Notes under the pieces: generated by a model
What the model was told of the DNA's origin: nothing
Seen by the model: only the letters and a program-made list of their open reading frames with translations
Databases searched by the model: none
Part shown: positions 63,411-64,000 of the stretch, one piece after another
How positions within the stretch are numbered: the first letter of the stretch is position 1
How the letters are laid out: each line of letters begins with the position of its first letter
Made by a program: the position numbers and the translations under genes
Assembly: GCA_051546255.1 (NCBI GenBank)
Contig: CP128817.1
Span: forward strand, 1,550,001-1,614,000
DNA: 64,000 bases
Reading direction: 5' to 3'
From: Meyerozyma guilliermondii
Lineage: Eukaryota

Positions 63411-64000
63411 TCAGTCTCGGGTGCGACTGGGGACCCACCGCTTGTAGAGAATTTCGGTGATTTTGTAGGTTTTTAGCAATTGTAAAAAGTTGTCTGCGCT
63501 GTTCACATTGTGCCACTGGTCCTGAAATTGGGCGTCGTTGGGCACTTCCACATACACCAAAACTAGGGTTTTTTTCACCCCACCCACCACTCGGGCTAAA
63601 GCCGAAATGTCGCTCCACTCATAGTGGAAATCGGGTTCAGTGGTCGAAATTTTGATGGCAAACTCGGCGTGGCTGAATGGAGGGCCTCGCTTGTAAAGAA
63701 GCATGTCGCAGCCAAATTTGATGCCCAGTCGAACACACCAGCCTAGCGACCGATAATGATGATAGACGGCGTATTCCACGAGAAAACTGCTCGAAGCCAG
63801 GGGACTCGGAACGAGAGTGTTTAAGGTATCCAGAAACGACCGCGGTGGCAGCAATTGAGTCACTCCAAGAGCAAAATAAAGAAAGAAAAACTCCACTGGT
63901 TGCAACTGGAGATACTCAATGTTGGTCGTCAAATCACGAGTTCCAGGCTCCAATAAAGCTTCGTCTTCTGGTCTCAACTCCGCGGGAACTACCGGCGTCT
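63411..64000 (-). CDS. SEN2: tRNA-splicing endonuclease catalytic subunit, 3' part only (runs off window end)
   Basis: EYLQLQPVE, YAVYHHYRSLGWCVR(S)GIKFGCDMLLYKRGPPFSHAEF, RWVPSRTRD. The frame is open to the window edge. Confidence 0.92.
   Translation of the reverse strand, partial: TPVVPAELRPEDEALLEPGTRDLTTNIEYLQLQPVEFFFLYFALGVTQLLPPRSFLDTLNTLVPSPLASSSFLVEYAVYHHYRSLGWCVRLGIKFGCDMLLYKRGPPFSHAEFAIKISTTEPDFHYEWSDISALARVVGGVKKTLVLVYVEVPNDAQFQDQWHNVNSADNFLQLLKTYKITEILYKRWVPSRTRD

Overview
Gene-dense eukaryotic window from a budding yeast of the CUG-Ser (CTG) clade. CTG codons fall at conserved Ser positions in MSH6, SEN2, ATM1, FPR2 and others. The species may be Meyerozyma-like, but that is from memory and unverified. 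The window holds about 36 protein-coding genes, including partial CAB1 and SEN2 at the edges. Most are housekeeping, DNA-repair/meiosis or transporter genes: M1 aminopeptidase, ATM1, PDC, CBF1, MNN4-like, UapA-type permease, TPC1, MLH3, POM34, TES1, SPS2/22, POF1, FPR2, AKR1, REX3, MSH6, ADR1, GRX3/4, RAD24, RPH1, SLX4, CAC1, SUL, FGGY kinase and BUR6. Features the ORF track misses are an intronless U3 snoRNA (34800-35093, minus), three 43-51 nt spliceosomal introns (one in TPC1, two in FPR2, where splicing restores a signal peptide and HDEL), and several readable cis-regulatory modules (Ppr1/UaY+GATA, Ndt80 MSE, Cbf1+Met31/32, MCB, PAC, Mig1). The least explained element is a ~15-copy degenerate ~30-bp minisatellite with an internal hairpin at 3747-4170. 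There is also a recurring tendency for short repeats right after stop codons, and two small 2-TM proteins ending in KKY[IV]. I found no CRISPR array, transposon, tRNA or rRNA, and I cannot support a claim of a new multi-gene system.
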